From an uncultured Chloroflexia bacterium (GTDB lineage: Bacteria; Chloroflexota; Limnocylindria; Limnocylindrales; CSP1-4): 64,000 bases of DNA. This document shows, in pieces, positions 1-11,779 of this stretch; within the stretch, counting starts at the first letter, position 1; each line of letters begins with the position of its first letter. The notes under the pieces were generated by a model, which saw nothing but the letters and a program-made list of their open reading frames with translations, ran no database searches and was not told where the DNA came from. The DNA lies in contig CAVYBU010000004.1 of the NCBI GenBank assembly GCA_963766735.1, positions 192,001 to 256,000 of the forward strand. Direction: 5' to 3'. The translations under genes were made by a program, and so were the position numbers.

Positions 1-1380
1 GCCGATGCCTTGATGGCCGCCGGGGTCAGCGGCGCCTGCCGATGGGTCGGGAAGATGGCCCCGTGAACCCCCGATGCCTCGGCAGTCCGGAGCAGCGTGC
101 CGACGTTCTGGGGGTCTTCGAGCGAATCGAGGACGAGCACCAGGGGCGGATCACCGCGCTGCACGGCCACGGCCAGGATGTCGTCCGGGGACGCCCATCG
201 GCGGGGAGCCACGACGAGCGCGATCCCCTGGTGCCCATCGAACCCGGCGACGGCCGTGAGCGTGCCGCCCTCGACCTCCACCACGGGGATGCGCAGGTTC
301 ATCGCGTGGAGCACCAGCTTCTCGAGCGCGAGACGGCGCTGCGGGACCACGAGCAGCCGCCTGGCCTCGCGCCGCGCCACGAACGCCTCCTCCACGGGGC
401 GCCGACCCGCGACGAGCTCGTCGTCGCCGGCAAGGGCCACGGCCGGGGCGATGACGGTCTCCGGGCGCCGTGTGTAGTCGGGTCGGTAGCCGGGCTCGGG
501 GCGCCCGGGTGCCGGCCGGGTCCGGCCGGGTCCGCCTGGGCCACCGGGGCGGCCACCAGGGCGACCGCCGTACGGGGGACGGCCCTGCCGCGCTCCAGGA
601 GGCGAGAACGGACGCGGTCCCGGGCGCACGGACGGCACCTGGCGGCGCGGGCTGCTCGAACCCGGCAAAGTCCGCGGCATGATCTGCCTCGGGCCCGGCG
701 AGGTCGTCGGGACGGGCCTCGGGCCGCGGCTCGTGCCAGGGTTCGGGCCTGGTGTCGCGAGATGGCTCGGGGCGGTCCTCCCACGGGCGGTCACGCCGGT
801 GATCCTCCCAGGGACGCTGAGGACGCCGATCGGGCGCGCGGTCCTGCCAGGGAGGCGTCGGGCGCTCGGGCGGAACGGCGTCCCAGGGACGAGGCCCGGT
901 CGGCCGCGCTGGCCCCGAGGGTCGGTCGCCGCCGCCCCGCGGTCCGGGACCTCGGAAGTCTCCGGGGCGGCCGCGTCCAGCAGGCCTGCCCGGGCCGTGT
1001 GCACCGGGGCCTCCGGGGCGTGCTCCGCCGGGCGGCCGGCTACCAGGTCGCGGCGGTTGACCCTCCCGGAACCCGAACCCGCCGCGATGCTGGTCGGCGG
1101 GTCCCCGATCGTCCGGCTGATGTGGGCCGCGATCCTCGCGCGGTCCACCGGGGCCGCGAGGCACGAAGCCGCCCGAACCCGCCGGCGGGAAGCCGCCGCG
1201 ACCGGCGGGCGGGAAGCCGCCGGGTCGCGGTCGCCCACCGGGGCCACCTGGCCTTCCGGGACCCCCTGGCCTGCCCGGGCCGCCGGGCCTCGGCCGGAAG
1301 GAGCCGGCGTGGCCGCCACCTGGGCCGTGGGTTCGCCTCGGGGGTCGGTCGTCGTCGCGGGGCGGCCGTCCGTCAGACAC
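1..1380 (-). CDS. rlmB: 23S rRNA G2251 2'-O-methyltransferase RlmB (TrmH/SpoU family), runs off the window start; probable long Pro/Gly/Arg-rich N-terminal extension joined through an apparent frameshift near 620-650
   Basis: A minus frame absent from the ORF track reads ELVAGRRPVEEAF...HQGIAL...LVLVLDSLEDPQNVGTLLRTAEASGVHG. It follows cysS as in the conserved cysS-rlmB order. A GTG at 1380 overlaps the cysS stop but is in another frame; an in-frame ATG lies at 680. Confidence 0.8.
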
Positions 1381-2782
1381 TGGTCGCCGCCACGAAGCGC
1401 CAGCGCTGTCCGTCGCGTGTGTCCTCGACGGCCACGCCCCGGGCCAGCAGCTCGTCCCGCAGGCGATCGGACGCGGCCCAGTCCCGGGCGGTGCGGGCGG
1501 CTGCCCGCTCGTCGAGCAGGATCAGCAGCTCCGGGTCCAGGCTGTCCGCGGCCGGCGTCGCGATGCCCAGGACCGTATCCAGCTCGCGGACGAACAGGGC
1601 CGCTCTCAGGGCGTCCCCGGTCGAGAGAACGCGGGCGTCGAGCCGGCGGTTCAGCTCCCTCACGCCCTCGAACAGCGCCGCGAGGGCCTCGGAGATGTTG
1701 AGGTCGTCGTCCAGGCCCGCCTCAAAGGCCGACCGGACGCCCTCGAGCATGCTGGACAGGCCTGGATCGTCCGGGTGGTCCTCGCGATAGGCGGCGAGCG
1801 CCGTCAGCAGGGCATCAATGCGTTCCACCGCCGCGGTAGCCGCCGGCAGGGAGTCGTCTGACCAGTTGAGCGGCGCCCGGTAGTTGACCGAGACCAACGC
1901 ATAGCGGATGGCTCGCGGGGACGCTCCGGACGCGATCAGGTCCGTGACCCTGGCGATGTTGCCGACCGACCGAGCCATCTTCTCGCCGCTCAGCCGGAGG
2001 TGGGCGCAGTGAAGCCAGGTCCCGACGAATGGCTGCCCGGTCGCGGCCTCGGACTGGGCGATCTCGTCCTCGTGATGCGGAAAGACGAGGTCCACGCCGC
2101 CGGTGTGGATGTCGAACGACGGCCCGAGATGGGCCATGCTCATCGCCGAGCACTCGATGTGCCAGCCCGGTCTCCCGGGGCCGATCTTGGTGTCCCACGA
2201 CGGCTCGCCGGGCTTGGGGCCCTTCCACAGCGCGAAGTCACGGACGTCGTCCTTCTCGTACAAATCGGCCTCGACCCGCTCCCCCACCCGCATCGCATCG
2301 GGGTCCAGGCGCGCCAACCGCCCATAGGCCGGCCACGACGCGATCCGGAAGAAGATCGAGCCGTCGGCGGTCGCGTAGGCGTGCCCCTTCTCGAGCAGCG
2401 TGCCGATGAGATCGGCGATCTGCGGGATGTGGTCGGTGGCCAGGGGCAGGACGTCCGGACGGCTCATGCCGAGGGCGTCGGCATCGGCCACGAATCGCTG
2501 CGCCCAGCGGTCTGCGAGGTCGGCCGTCGCGATCCCCTCGTCGGCGGCGCGGCGGATGATCCTGTCGTCGATGTCGGTGAGGTTCATCACCCACGTCACA
2601 CGGAGCCCGCGGTAGCGCAGGTAGCGAACCAGGAGATCCGCGAACAGGAACGACCGGAAATTGCCGATGTGGGCGGGGCCGTAGACCGTCGGCCCGCAGC
2701 TGTAGATGCGGACGTGGCCGGGCTCGAGCGGCTGGAGAGGACGGACCTCGCCGGAGAGCGTGTCCTGCAGGCGGATCGTCAT
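1373..2782 (-). CDS. cysS: Cysteine--tRNA ligase
   Basis: YSCGPTVY, HIGN, GRPGWHIECSAM, DIHTGGVDLVFPHHEDE, and KMARS as a KMSKS variant. Confidence 0.98.
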   Translation of the reverse strand: MTIRLQDTLSGEVRPLQPLEPGHVRIYSCGPTVYGPAHIGNFRSFLFADLLVRYLRYRGLRVTWVMNLTDIDDRIIRRAADEGIATADLADRWAQRFVADADALGMSRPDVLPLATDHIPQIADLIGTLLEKGHAYATADGSIFFRIASWPAYGRLARLDPDAMRVGERVEADLYEKDDVRDFALWKGPKPGEPSWDTKIGPGRPGWHIECSAMSMAHLGPSFDIHTGGVDLVFPHHEDEIAQSEAATGQPFVGTWLHCAHLRLSGEKMARSVGNIARVTDLIASGASPRAIRYALVSVNYRAPLNWSDDSLPAATAAVERIDALLTALAAYREDHPDDPGLSSMLEGVRSAFEAGLDDDLNISEALAALFEGVRELNRRLDARVLSTGDALRAALFVRELDTVLGIATPAADSLDPELLILLDERAAARTARDWAASDRLRDELLARGVAVEDTRDGQRWRFVAATSV

Positions 2783-3969
2783 ATCCCTCCCCAGACGGTT
2801 GCCACCGCGCGAGCCGAGATGGATCGCCCGGCACCCTCGTCCCCGGCCAGGTTGCCGGTCGACGCCTTGACGTTGACAGCGGCCTCGTCCACGCCAAGGA
2901 GCGCCGCGATCGCTGCCCGCATCTGTTCCAGCCGGGCACCGAGCCGCGGGCGCGCGCCGATGATCGTGAGGTCCACGAATGCTGGTCGATAGCCGGCTCC
3001 TGCAAGCCTGGCCACGACCTCGCGCAGCAACGCGTCGCTGGCAACGCCCCTCGGGGTCCGGGCGTCCGCGGGAAACAGGCGGCCGAGGTCACCCAGACCA
3101 GCGGCACCCAGCAGTGCATCGGCGACCGCATGGAGCGCGACGTCACCGTCCGAGTGACCATGGAGCCTCGGGGCGCCCCCGACCTCCACGCCGCCGAGAC
3201 GCAGCGACATGCCTGGTCCGAACGGGTGGCTGTCGTGTCCGAATCCGGTGCGAACGGGCGCGGACGCCAGCGCCCGCTCGACCCGGCGCAGATCGTCGGG
3301 CAGCGTCACCTTGATGTTCGCGGGTTCGCCGGGGATTGCATGGACGTCGATCTTACAGGCCTCAAGCAGGGCGGCCTCATCGGTGAACTCGCGGGGTCCC
3401 TCCGGCGGGAACGTCACCCACGCGTCGAGGAGCAATCCCCGCCGCGCGCCCTGCGGAGTCTGGGCCGCTGCGAGCGAGGAGCGATCCACGGTCTCGTGCA
3501 CGATGCCGTCCCCTACCCGCTTCAGGGTCTCCGCCACGGGCAGCACCGGGATGGCCGCACCGTGGCGGGCAGTTGCGGATGCCACGGCCTCGATGAGCGC
3601 GGTGGACACGAGAGGACGCGCTCCATCGTGGACCAGGACGGGGCGATCGCGCCCTGCCGGGTCCAGCCGGTCGAGCTGATGGACGCCGGCGGCCACGGAT
3701 GCCTGGCGGGTAGCTCCCCCGGCGACAACCGCGTCGACGTGCGGGGGAAGCCACGACGCGGAGGCAGTCTCCTCCACGCGGTCCGCGGAGGCGACGAGGA
3801 CGAGGCGCCCCACGACGGGCGACGCGGCCAGCGCCGCGAGGGTCCATGCCAGCAGCGGCCGTCCCGCCACGGGAGCCATCAGCTTGTCGGTGCCGGCCAT
3901 GCGACGGGATGAGCCGGCGGCAACCACCACGACGTCGACCGCGGGGCGCTCACCGGATCCGGACGCCAC
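2779..3969 (-). CDS. ispDF: Bifunctional MEP cytidylyltransferase / MEcPP synthase
   Basis: IspD motifs AAGSSRRM, VLVHDGARP, AQTPQ, NIKVT; IspF motifs GFGHDSH, GHSDGDVALHAVADALLGA, VNVKAST. Confidence 0.95.
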   Translation of the reverse strand: MASGSGERPAVDVVVVAAGSSRRMAGTDKLMAPVAGRPLLAWTLAALAASPVVGRLVLVASADRVEETASASWLPPHVDAVVAGGATRQASVAAGVHQLDRLDPAGRDRPVLVHDGARPLVSTALIEAVASATARHGAAIPVLPVAETLKRVGDGIVHETVDRSSLAAAQTPQGARRGLLLDAWVTFPPEGPREFTDEAALLEACKIDVHAIPGEPANIKVTLPDDLRRVERALASAPVRTGFGHDSHPFGPGMSLRLGGVEVGGAPRLHGHSDGDVALHAVADALLGAAGLGDLGRLFPADARTPRGVASDALLREVVARLAGAGYRPAFVDLTIIGARPRLGARLEQMRAAIAALLGVDEAAVNVKASTGNLAGDEGAGRSISARAVATVWGGI

Positions 3970-3970
3970 C

Positions 3971-5023
3971 TCAGTCCTGTCGAGGCTGGGCGAAGATCAT
4001 CCGACCGGCCACCGTCTGGAGCACGCGGGTGACGGTCAGGTCGACATCGCGGTCGATGAGGCGCGCGCCGCCCTCCACGACGATCATGGTGCCGTCATCG
4101 AGGAAGCCGACCCCCTGGCCAGCCTCCTTGCCCTCCTGGATGATCTTGACCTTCAGCTCCTCACCAGGCAGGACGGCGGGCTTGACCGCGTTGGCCAGCG
4201 AGTTGATGTTCATCACGCGCACGCCCTGGAGCTCCGCCACGCGGTTCAGGTTGAAGTCGTTGGTGAGCACCACCTGGCTCCGCCGTTTCGCCAGCTCCAC
4301 CAGCTTCGCGTCCACCTCGGCAATCCCGGGCGCCTCGTCCTCGACGACCTCGACCGGGGTCCGCAGGTCGCGCTGCATCCGGTTGAGGATCTCGAGACCG
4401 CGCCGCCCCCGGTTCCGGCGGAGCGTGTCGGAAGAATCGGCGATGTGCTGGAGCTCCTCGAGCACGAAGCGCGGTACCACGAGCGTCCCGTAGACGAAGC
4501 CCGACTCGACGATCTCGGCAATCCGGCCGTCGATCAGGACGCTCGTATCCACGACGATCCGCGGCTCGCCCTCCTGGCTCGCCTTCGCCTCGCCGGGGCG
4601 CCGGACGAGGCCGGCGCCTTCGGCGGCGGCGATGAGATCGAAACGCTTCGCGACGGTGAGGCCCATCATCCCGAGACCGAGGAACAGGGAGATGCCGAGC
4701 GGCAGCCAGGTGCCGAGCGGGCCCTCGATCTGGGCCAGCGGCAGGCCCAGCAGGAGGCCCAGCAGCAGGCCGATGAACAGGCCCAGGACTGCGGCCACGA
4801 ACTCCGCCGTGGACAGCTCCTGGACGCGGCCGACGAGCCAGGCCGCCGGCACGACCGTGAGGTACGGGAGCAGGGCGAAGCCGACCACGAGCCAGGCGAT
4901 CGTCCACGCGGCGAGGATGAACCCGCCGTACTCGACCCCCGTGAAGAGGCCGGTGGCGCTGGCCAGCCCGAGGCCGATGAAGGCGCCGAGTGCCGCCCCC
5001 AGGACCCGGATCGTCCGAATCAC
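3971..5023 (-). CDS. PIN/TRAM domain membrane protein (YacL-like)
   Basis: N-terminal TM helices; VDTSVLIDGRI, RGRRGLEIL, TNDFNLN, GVGFLDDGTMIVVE, GRMIFA; sits in the conserved clpC-radA-yacL-ispD order. Confidence 0.93.
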   Translation of the reverse strand: MIRTIRVLGAALGAFIGLGLASATGLFTGVEYGGFILAAWTIAWLVVGFALLPYLTVVPAAWLVGRVQELSTAEFVAAVLGLFIGLLLGLLLGLPLAQIEGPLGTWLPLGISLFLGLGMMGLTVAKRFDLIAAAEGAGLVRRPGEAKASQEGEPRIVVDTSVLIDGRIAEIVESGFVYGTLVVPRFVLEELQHIADSSDTLRRNRGRRGLEILNRMQRDLRTPVEVVEDEAPGIAEVDAKLVELAKRRSQVVLTNDFNLNRVAELQGVRVMNINSLANAVKPAVLPGEELKVKIIQEGKEAGQGVGFLDDGTMIVVEGGARLIDRDVDLTVTRVLQTVAGRMIFAQPRQD

Positions 5024-5120
5024 GCTGCTCCTCGATCGATGCGGCCGCCGCCCGGTCGTGCGTCCGGCGCAGGATGGCCGAGCCTAGCACGCGCCCGTGC
5101 GCGCCCGCACCCGCCGACGG

Positions 5121-6557
5121 TCATCTTCCGCGCGGAGAGGATGGCACGGGCTCCGCGAGTGCCGCGCGGATCGCCTCCGCGAGCGAGCCGACGACGATCA
5201 CCTCGATGCCGGAGAACGCCGCAGGACCCCCATGGCTCGAGCGCGGGATGATCGCCCGCGTGAACCCGAGGCGGGCCGCCTCCCGGAGCCGGCGGTCCAG
5301 CCCGCCGACGGCACGGAGCTCGCCCAGCAGCCCGACCTCGCCGATGGCCACGGTGCCGGTCACGAGCGGACGATCGCGAAGCGACGACGCCAGGGCGAGG
5401 GCGAGCGGCAGGTCAAGCCCGGGCTCGGTCACGGACAATCCGCCCGCGAGGTTGGCATAGACGTCGTGCCCGGACAGGGCGATGCCGGCACGCCGGCCGA
5501 GCACGGCCACCAGCAAGGCGAGCCGGTTGTGGTCCACGCCCGACGCGGTCCGGCGTGGCGTCGGCGCGGAGGTGGGGGCCACCAGCGCCTGGACCTCCAC
5601 GAGCAGCGGCCGGGAGCCCTCCAGGATCGGGGCGACGACGCTGCCCGGCGCCGGAGCGTCGTGCTCCGCCAGGAACGCGCGCGCCGGATCCACGACCTCC
5701 GCCAGGCCGCGGTCCCCCATCTCGAACACGCCGACCTCCTCGGTGGAGCCGTAGCGGTTCTTGGTCGCGCGAAGCAGCCGCAGCCCGCCGGTCCGGTCAC
5801 CCTCCACGGACAGGACGACGTCAACAAGGTGCTCGAGCGTCTTGGGACCGGCGAGCGTCCCGTCCTTGGTCACGTGGCCGACCAGGACGATGGGGATCCC
5901 GTCGGCCTTGGCAAGCTCCATGAGCCTGAGGGTGGCCTCCCGGACCTGGCCCACGCTTCCCGGGGGGCCGTCGAGCTCCTCCGAGGCCACGGTCTGCACG
6001 GAGTCCACGACCAGCAGCCCGGGGCGCTGCGCGCGGGCAAGATCCACGATGTGCCCGACGCCCGTCTCGGCGACCACGCTGACCGCCTCCGCGACCGGGC
6101 CCTCCGTGAGACCCAGACGAGCCGCGCGCAGCCGCACCTGGCGCACCGACTCCTCGCCCGTCGCGTAGAGAACGGTCGCCGGAGGGATGCGCAGGCCCAC
6201 AGCAGTGACGGCGCCCGTCGCCACGCCTTCGGCAACCTGGAGCAGGAGCGTGGACTTGCCGATCCCCGGCTCGCCCCCGAGCAGCACGACGGATCCGGCC
6301 ACCAGGCCGCCACCCAGGACGCGGTCCAGCTCACCGATCCCGATCGGACGGCGGACCTCGTCCGTGGCGTCATCGGCCCGGGCAAGGGGGACGGGGGCCG
6401 AGCCGGCCCGCGCGGCCGTCGGCCTGGGACGGGGCGTGTCGTGAACGACCGTCTCCACGAGAGTGTTCCACTCACCGCAGGTGCGGCACTGGCCTTCCCA
6501 CCGGAGCACGGCGGCCTCGCACGACTGGCAGACGAAGCGACTCTGGGTGCGGGCCAC
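5121..6557 (-). CDS. radA: DNA repair protein RadA/Sms
   Basis: C4 zinc finger CQSC..CRTC, Walker A GGEPGIGKST, KNRYG, Lon-like C-terminus. Confidence 0.97.
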   Translation of the reverse strand: MARTQSRFVCQSCEAAVLRWEGQCRTCGEWNTLVETVVHDTPRPRPTAARAGSAPVPLARADDATDEVRRPIGIGELDRVLGGGLVAGSVVLLGGEPGIGKSTLLLQVAEGVATGAVTAVGLRIPPATVLYATGEESVRQVRLRAARLGLTEGPVAEAVSVVAETGVGHIVDLARAQRPGLLVVDSVQTVASEELDGPPGSVGQVREATLRLMELAKADGIPIVLVGHVTKDGTLAGPKTLEHLVDVVLSVEGDRTGGLRLLRATKNRYGSTEEVGVFEMGDRGLAEVVDPARAFLAEHDAPAPGSVVAPILEGSRPLLVEVQALVAPTSAPTPRRTASGVDHNRLALLVAVLGRRAGIALSGHDVYANLAGGLSVTEPGLDLPLALALASSLRDRPLVTGTVAIGEVGLLGELRAVGGLDRRLREAARLGFTRAIIPRSSHGGPAAFSGIEVIVVGSLAEAIRAALAEPVPSSPRGR

Positions 6558-6575
6558 GGCTGGCGCGGACCGCCG

Positions 6576-9050
<2,475 letters not shown>

Positions 9051-9230
9051 GCGGCCGGCTCGTCTCTCCCTGGTCGCGGAGGCGACCTGAGGGCCATGCT
9101 AGCACCGGTGCCTCCGAGCGGCGATGACCCGTTCGAGCCGGCGTGGCCGGGTGGTACCGGGTGTCACCGGTCGTGCCGGTCCACGACCGCGAGGGAAAGC
9201 CGACCACCCCGAGACCGCGACGGAATCGAA

Positions 9231-9257
9231 ACGACCCGCCGGGGGCCGGCGGGTCGT
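9231..9257 (-). terminator. Probable intrinsic terminator of rpsA
   Basis: 12-bp inverted repeat acgacccgccgg/ccggcgggtcgt with a short T run on the minus strand, 35 nt after the rpsA stop. Confidence 0.6.
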
Positions 9258-9291
9258 GGGAGTAGACGAAGGGGGCAGGATCTCCGGGCGA

Positions 9292-11562
9292 TCAGCCGGG
9301 CTTGGTCTCGGACTCGGCGGCCTCGACGGCTTCGGCGATGGCCTCGGCCTCGATGACCTCCTCGGCCTCGATGACGACCTCGGCCTCGACGGCTTCGGCG
9401 ATGGCCTCGGCCTCGATGACCTCCTCGGCCTCGATGACGACCTCGGCCTCGACGGCTTCGGCGATGGCTTCGGCCTCGATGACCTCCTCGGCCTCGATGA
9501 CGACCTCGGCCTCGACGGCTTCGATCACCGCATCGGCCTGGGCGTCCTGGGCGGCCTCGATGACGACCTCGGCCTCGACGGCTTCGGCAATGGCTTCGAC
9601 CTTGTCGGCCTCTGCGGCCTCGATCAGGGCCTCGGCCTCGACGGCATCCTCGACGCCGCCTGCAGCGACCGCATCGATGACTTCGTCGTCCACGATGACC
9701 CGGGCGACGGCGTCAGCCTGGGCGTCCTCGGCGGCTTCGATGACCTCCTCGGCCTCGATGGCTTCGGCAATGGCCTCGGCCTCGATGACCTCCTCGGCCT
9801 CGATGACGATCTCGGCCTCGACGGCCTCGGCAATGGCTTCGGCCTCGACGGCTTCGGCGGCCTCGATGACCTCCTCGGCCTCGATGACCTCGATCACTGC
9901 GTCAGCCTGGGCGTCCTCGGCGGCCTCGATGACCTCCTCGGCCTCGACGGCCTCGGCAACGGCGTCTGCGACGGCGTCGGCATTCGCGGGAGCCGGCGTG
10001 CCCGCTGCCTCCGCCGCGGCCAACTGGTCGCGGACGAGGGCGAACTTCGCGGCGAGGGTCGTGTCGATCCCGCCTTCCGGCTCCGACTGGGCGTCAGACG
10101 GCGAGTAGCTGCGATCCGGCCGCTCGCGTCGCTCGCGTCGCTCGCGTCGCTCCCCACCACCGACCGCGCTGGCACCCGTGGCAGCCGGCTGGCTGCCGGG
10201 CTCCGGCATCGAGCGAACCGGCGGCTCCTCGGCCTGCTTGAGGCTGAGTCCCAGGCGGTGCCGCTCGGAGTCCAGGCTGATGATCTTGAGCTTGAGGACC
10301 TGGCCCTCGTGGACGACGTCGCCCGGGTGAGCCACGCGCTGGTGCGACAGCTCGCTGATGTGGATCAGGCCCTCGAGGCCCTCGCGGACCCGGACGAAGG
10401 CGCCGAAGTTCACGAGCTTGGTGACCGTGCCGTCGATGACGTCGCCGACCTTGAAGTCCGCGACGGTCGACTCCCACGGATCGGGCTGCAGGCGGCGGAT
10501 CGAAAGGCTGATCCGGCCCCGCTCGTGGTTGATGTCGATGACCTCGGCCTCAACCTCTTCACCGACCTTGTAGCCGGACTCGGGGTTGTTGACCTTGTTC
10601 CACGAGAGCTCGCTCTTGTGGACGAGGCCGTCGATCCCACCGAGGTCGATGAAGATTCCGAAGGGTGCGATCGAGCGCACGCTGCCGGTGACCTTCTGGC
10701 CGACCTGGAGGCTGCTGAACAGCTCGTCCCGCTTCTCGCGACGCTCCTCGTAGAGAGCCACCTTCTCGGACAGGATGAGCCGGTTGGCCTTGCGGTTCAC
10801 CTCGAGGATCTTGAGCCGCAGCTTGCGGCCGACGTACGGCTGCAGCTTCTCGGCGATCTCCTGCGCGGCATCGCGGGGCTGCTCGTTCTGCGGCCGACGG
10901 GGGAAGTCCACGATCTGGCTGATCGGTACGAAGCCACGGATCCCGCAGTCGACGATCAGGCCGCCCTTGTTGTGGTCGATGACCGGGGCATCGATGATCG
11001 TGCCCACCTCGAACTGCTCCTGCATCGCGCGCCACTTGCGCTCGAGTCCGGCGCGGCGGAGCGAGAGGACAACGTGGCCCTCGGGCGATTCCGGCTGGAG
11101 GACGTACACCAGGACCACGTCGCCGATGGCGAGCTCAGGCTGCGACTCCGCGTTGCGTCCGTACAGCTCGCGGTTGCTGACCACGCCCTCGGACTTGGCA
11201 CCGATATCGACCAGCATCTCGTCCTTGTCGATGCGGACGATGGATCCTTCGACGACGTCGCCGTGCTTGAAGCTCTTGATGTCCGAGTCCTGCTCCGCGA
11301 GGAGCTCCTCCATGGTGGTCGGCTCGGGGCCGGTCCTGCGCACGGGGGGTGCGGGCACCTCGTCCTCGGGGTCCTCCTCCGCGGCGGGCGGCGCGGAGGC
11401 TGCCTCGTCGTCGGCGGGGACTTCGGGTTCGGGGCTGGTCTCGGTGATGGCGGGCTCGTCGGCGGCGGCGGTGGCCTCGACGGTCTCTTCGGACGCCGGG
11501 GCGTCGACAGAGGCTGCGGCCTCCGGCGCCGGCGCGGTCCCGCCCTGCTGCTCTTCGGTCAA
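9292..11562 (-). CDS. rpsA: 30S ribosomal protein S1 (4 S1 domains) with acidic N-terminal and long repetitive acidic C-terminal extensions
   Basis: S1 motifs GDVVEGSIVRIDKDEMLVDIGAKSEG, FGIFIDLGGIDGLVHKSELSW, FGAFVRVREGLEGLIHISELS; TTG start with AGGAG upstream. Confidence 0.95.
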   Translation of the reverse strand: MTEEQQGGTAPAPEAAASVDAPASEETVEATAAADEPAITETSPEPEVPADDEAASAPPAAEEDPEDEVPAPPVRRTGPEPTTMEELLAEQDSDIKSFKHGDVVEGSIVRIDKDEMLVDIGAKSEGVVSNRELYGRNAESQPELAIGDVVLVYVLQPESPEGHVVLSLRRAGLERKWRAMQEQFEVGTIIDAPVIDHNKGGLIVDCGIRGFVPISQIVDFPRRPQNEQPRDAAQEIAEKLQPYVGRKLRLKILEVNRKANRLILSEKVALYEERREKRDELFSSLQVGQKVTGSVRSIAPFGIFIDLGGIDGLVHKSELSWNKVNNPESGYKVGEEVEAEVIDINHERGRISLSIRRLQPDPWESTVADFKVGDVIDGTVTKLVNFGAFVRVREGLEGLIHISELSHQRVAHPGDVVHEGQVLKLKIISLDSERHRLGLSLKQAEEPPVRSMPEPGSQPAATGASAVGGGERRERRERRERPDRSYSPSDAQSEPEGGIDTTLAAKFALVRDQLAAAEAAGTPAPANADAVADAVAEAVEAEEVIEAAEDAQADAVIEVIEAEEVIEAAEAVEAEAIAEAVEAEIVIEAEEVIEAEAIAEAIEAEEVIEAAEDAQADAVARVIVDDEVIDAVAAGGVEDAVEAEALIEAAEADKVEAIAEAVEAEVVIEAAQDAQADAVIEAVEAEVVIEAEEVIEAEAIAEAVEAEVVIEAEEVIEAEAIAEAVEAEVVIEAEEVIEAEAIAEAVEAAESETKPG
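9320..9990 (-). repeat. Intragenic tandem repeat, 63-bp unit (EVVIEAEEVIEAEAIAEAVEA), in the S1 tail
   Basis: Three near-perfect 63-bp copies at 9320-9508, then degenerate variants and AAEDAQADAV units up to ~9990. Confidence 0.92.
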
Positions 11563-11779
11563 GGTGATCCTGTCTCCTATGGTGGATTCGGCCCTCAGGA
11601 ATCACGAACGGCCGCCGAGTCACGCCCGGGGCCGCCTGGGGGAGGGAGATGGATCGTTGGTGACGTTGGCCGGCGGTCCGCTCCTTCGCTCACGAAACCT
11701 GAGACGTGCTCTTCAACTGTCCGTGCCCGTGGGGCCGCGTGAGTCTAGCACGGGGATTCCGCCGGTACAATCGCAACCC

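Noticed and set aside
9320-9990. Repeat array considered as a CRISPR
   Set aside because: There are no unique spacers, the unit is codon-phased inside rpsA, and no cas genes are present.
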